Shown here: positions 61,114-64,000 of the stretch, one piece after another
How positions within the stretch are numbered: the stretch's first letter is position 1
Layout: each line of letters opens with the position of its first letter
NCBI GenBank assembly: GCA_964016885.1
Contig: OZ024741.1
Location: 200,632,001-200,696,000 of the forward strand
Length of the DNA: 64,000 nt
Origin: Eledone cirrhosa
Lineage: Eukaryota
Direction of reading: 5' to 3'
Notes under the pieces: model-generated
The model's database searches: none
What the model saw: the letters and a program-made list of their open reading frames with translations, nothing else
Told to the model about the DNA's origin: nothing
Position numbers and translations under genes: made by a program

Positions 61114-61120
<7 letters not shown>
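60562..61120 (-). mobile_element. Retrozyme/PLE pLTR-like element: ~318-bp unit, partial tandem copy and inverted arm
   Basis: 60562-60642 is repeated at 60880-60960; IR 60806-60960/60966-61120; HHR inside; (TA)n both sides. Confidence 0.8.
60655..60700 (-). ncRNA. Type I hammerhead ribozyme with U3-A8 covarying core
   Basis: Minus strand: agcc-TTGATAA-gctt caacaa aagc-GAAA-caagg c ccttg-TC-ggct; all three stems pair. Confidence 0.8.
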
Positions 61121-61164
<44 letters not shown>

Positions 61165-61169
<5 letters not shown>

Positions 61170-61310
61170 AAATAACAGCAGGCTGGACTGGTGTAATTCC
61201 TTAAAGGTTTATTATACTATGAGCGTTTCAATGACCGGGGTTCAGTATGAATCCGGTGACATCATCAGGTATTCGAAATTTAACAAAGGAATATAATCCA
61301 TGGGGCTGAA
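61165..61310 (-). mobile_element. Partial copy of the 12.4-kb element end with HHR (mutated stem III)
   Basis: Homologous to 12424-12580; atac-CTGATGA...GAAA-cgctca-TA-gtat. Confidence 0.75.
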
Positions 61311-61371
61311 AAGGCAGAGAGACAAGAAGGCGGCCACACATTTAGCAGTTTCTAGTCTGGTCGGCACCCTT

Positions 61372-61457
<86 letters not shown>

Positions 61458-61458
<1 letters not shown>

Positions 61459-61639
61459 TTTATCCTGGGTTCAATCGGGGGGGGGGGTAACCATAGTAAG
61501 TAAGGTACTCAATACAAAACAGAGCATAAAAATATATTATAGAAAAGGCTTTTACAGGACTAGAACAGTTTCATTCGGGAGAAATCATCAGGAATCCTTA
61601 ATGATTTCTCCCGAATGAAACAGTTCTAGTGGTGTAGAA

Positions 61640-61648
<9 letters not shown>
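61458..61648 (-). mobile_element. Fold-back HHR mini-element, same family as 54210
   Basis: IR ~61541-61590/61597-61648; gattc-CTGATGA-tttctcccgaat-GAAA on the minus strand; same tail. Confidence 0.8.
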
Positions 61649-61724
<76 letters not shown>

Positions 61725-61790
61725 GGAATAGAATGAAACGAAATTTCATTTCTCACTCGTAGTACGGCACTTGAATACATACATACTTAC

Positions 61791-61910
<120 letters not shown>

Positions 61911-62079
61911 GAAGAGGATGACTTCTCTTGTAGTTCTAAACAATTTCATTTAATTTCATAATATTATGATTTGGTAGTAAGTTCGTTGTTAACTTCGGTA
62001 GGAAAATTTTAAAATATTCCTTGTTACTTTTCCTGGAGAATTTTCTCGCATTCGTCGGTGGTGATTGTCAAACTGAGAT

Positions 62080-62140
<61 letters not shown>

Positions 62141-62145
<5 letters not shown>

Positions 62146-62411
62146 AACCAGTAAGACCCCGACGGCTGAGCTCAAGCCGTTTCGACGGCTAATTCTGGAC
62201 TAAATGAAAATTTATCCTGGTATTTAAATAGCCGAGCTTCTCGGCTATTTAAATACCAGGATAAATTTTCATTTAGTCCAGAATTAGCCGTCGAAACGGC
62301 TTGAGCTCAGCCGTCGGGGTCTTACTGGTTCCTATTACCCACTCTACTACCCTAAGTATTGAGTACTTTGGTGCGTTATGGTCCACCTGGTTCCTTACCA
62401 CATTTCCTTCG

Positions 62412-62412
<1 letters not shown>
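62141..62412. mobile_element. Perfect 96-bp-arm fold-back element with HHR 3' half and tail
   Basis: Arms 62141-62236 and 62240-62335 are exact; cggcta..tagccg-tc-GAAA-cggct..agccg-TC; tail tattgagtac; (TA)n flanks. Confidence 0.8.
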
Positions 62413-62442
<30 letters not shown>

Positions 62443-62445
<3 letters not shown>

Positions 62446-62548
62446 GAAGTAACAGGAGGCAAGACTGGTGTAAATCCTTGAAAGGTTTATTATACTATGA
62501 TCATTTCAATGATTAGTTCTATCCAGTGGTGAACCAACAAACCTTAAG

Positions 62549-62550
<2 letters not shown>
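62443..62550. mobile_element. Internally collapsed copy of the 12.4-13.8 kb element
   Basis: Left end (caggaggc..tgatcatttcaatga) joined to the right tail (tctatccagtggtgaacc). Confidence 0.7.
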
Positions 62551-62602
<52 letters not shown>

Positions 62603-63602
62603 TGATAGTTTTCCTCAGTTTATCATTACTAATCTGTGACAAACATATTCTCTCTTCTGCCTCCATCAATTTCAAAGGTTCACATTTTTTAACACGATAG
62701 CTTACTTTGTTCTTCTTGCCTTTTTTCCTTCCTTTTTCAACTTTGTTTTACACAGAAGAAGACATAGATTCAAAAATAATAATGGAATTAGTCACAACTG
62801 ATCGCATTCAAGCGGAAGATTCTCAGGTTTGTATATTTGAAGTTTGTTAGAAAATCATGTTATCTGCGACGGCCTGGCATACAGAAAGTTCACCACAAAA
62901 GTCGATGTTAAAAAAGCTGTATTGTTGTAACCTATTATAGGTACATGCATGCTACCTAATCATAAATTCTCAGATGTCAATGACCGGCAGTTGCAGTTTG
63001 TAGCATGCAGTATGTTGTTTTTGTTCAGAAAATAAGAAAGTTTTAATACTTAGCAAGCGGTGAAATTCGCGCCTGGCAACTTTAATTAGTAGACTGTTAG
63101 CAGAGAATGGTGAATTATTGTAGGTAGGCTTGACAGCTTGGAGAGCAGTGCTCTGTCAATTGCTGGGGGCATTCTGTGTCGACTCTGATTAAACTTGAGT
63201 TGATATTGTTATTGATTTTACAGCTAAGGAGACAAGTGATTCGTGTTTTTAATGAGTTCTAATTCCAGATCTGGGATTAGATAAATCCTCATATATAATA
63301 CCGCTTTGGCGGACATCTGAGTTTTCCGAAGGAGGAAGGATATCAAAAGATGACAGCACATACTTACTCCTTCCTTTGAGCTATTATTTCTGAGCGTTTT
63401 TAAAAATTATTTTGCTTTAATTATGCGATTTACCCTTAGCCAACATTGTTCTCAACTCACTTTCACTACTTTCTATGTGCTCGATTTATCTTTTTAAATA
63501 AATTATGAATTTATCATGTATGGCATTATATACATCGCATTGCATTGACTTTGTCATATAATTTGATTTTCTCTTAGTAACTCCTTTCTGTTACTATATA
63601 TC

Positions 63603-63815
63603 TAGGAACGATCGACTTTCGTCAAATCGGACCGAGGGAACAATGTTTCCGTTGGTCTTTCCAATTGCTAATACTATCTATCGGTCGCAACTCCAGGTAG
63701 AAGGAGCAACGTGAAATAAAGTGTCTTGCTCAAGGACATAACGCAGCGCCTGGTCCAGGAATCGAACTCACAACCTTACGATTGCGAATCCAATTCTATA
63801 ACCACTCAGCCACAC
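63603..63815 (-). mobile_element. SINE family B
   Basis: Near-identical to 33485-33702. Confidence 0.85.
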
Positions 63816-63877
63816 ATACATATATATGAATTATTAATTGCTCAAAATACCTCTGTCGCATAAGACTATGCGACACG

Positions 63878-63924
<47 letters not shown>

Positions 63925-64000
63925 TCATCATACGTCCGCTTTCTCCCTGCTTGCAAGGGTGGGACAGGCACTATTCTGGCTTGATTTCTACAGCTAGATG

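Overview
AT-rich, microsatellite-dense eukaryotic (animal) DNA with no confidently intact host gene. The repeat repertoire (tRNA-derived SINEs with a Deu/Nin-like core, (TA)n/(CA)n/(TACA)n arrays) looks like a coleoid cephalopod, probably octopus; this is inference. Nearly all listed ORFs are microsatellite translations or TE fragments. Recognisable content: a near-intact 5'-truncated Naiad-type Penelope-like element (PLE) with a ~790-bp inverted terminal repeat, a C-rich Neptune-type PLE, R4/Dong-like, RTE and CRE-like LINE fragments, mariner/Tc1, hAT and Helitron relics, MITEs and about 20 SINEs. The most striking signal is non-coding: roughly 15 type-I hammerhead ribozyme (HHR) motifs read by eye. 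Many sit in short (TA)n-embedded fold-back elements whose inversion point lies in or next to the ribozyme core. One has a covarying U3-A8 core inside a ~318-bp partially tandem, retrozyme-like unit. All folds and alignments were done by eye; TE boundaries are approximate.
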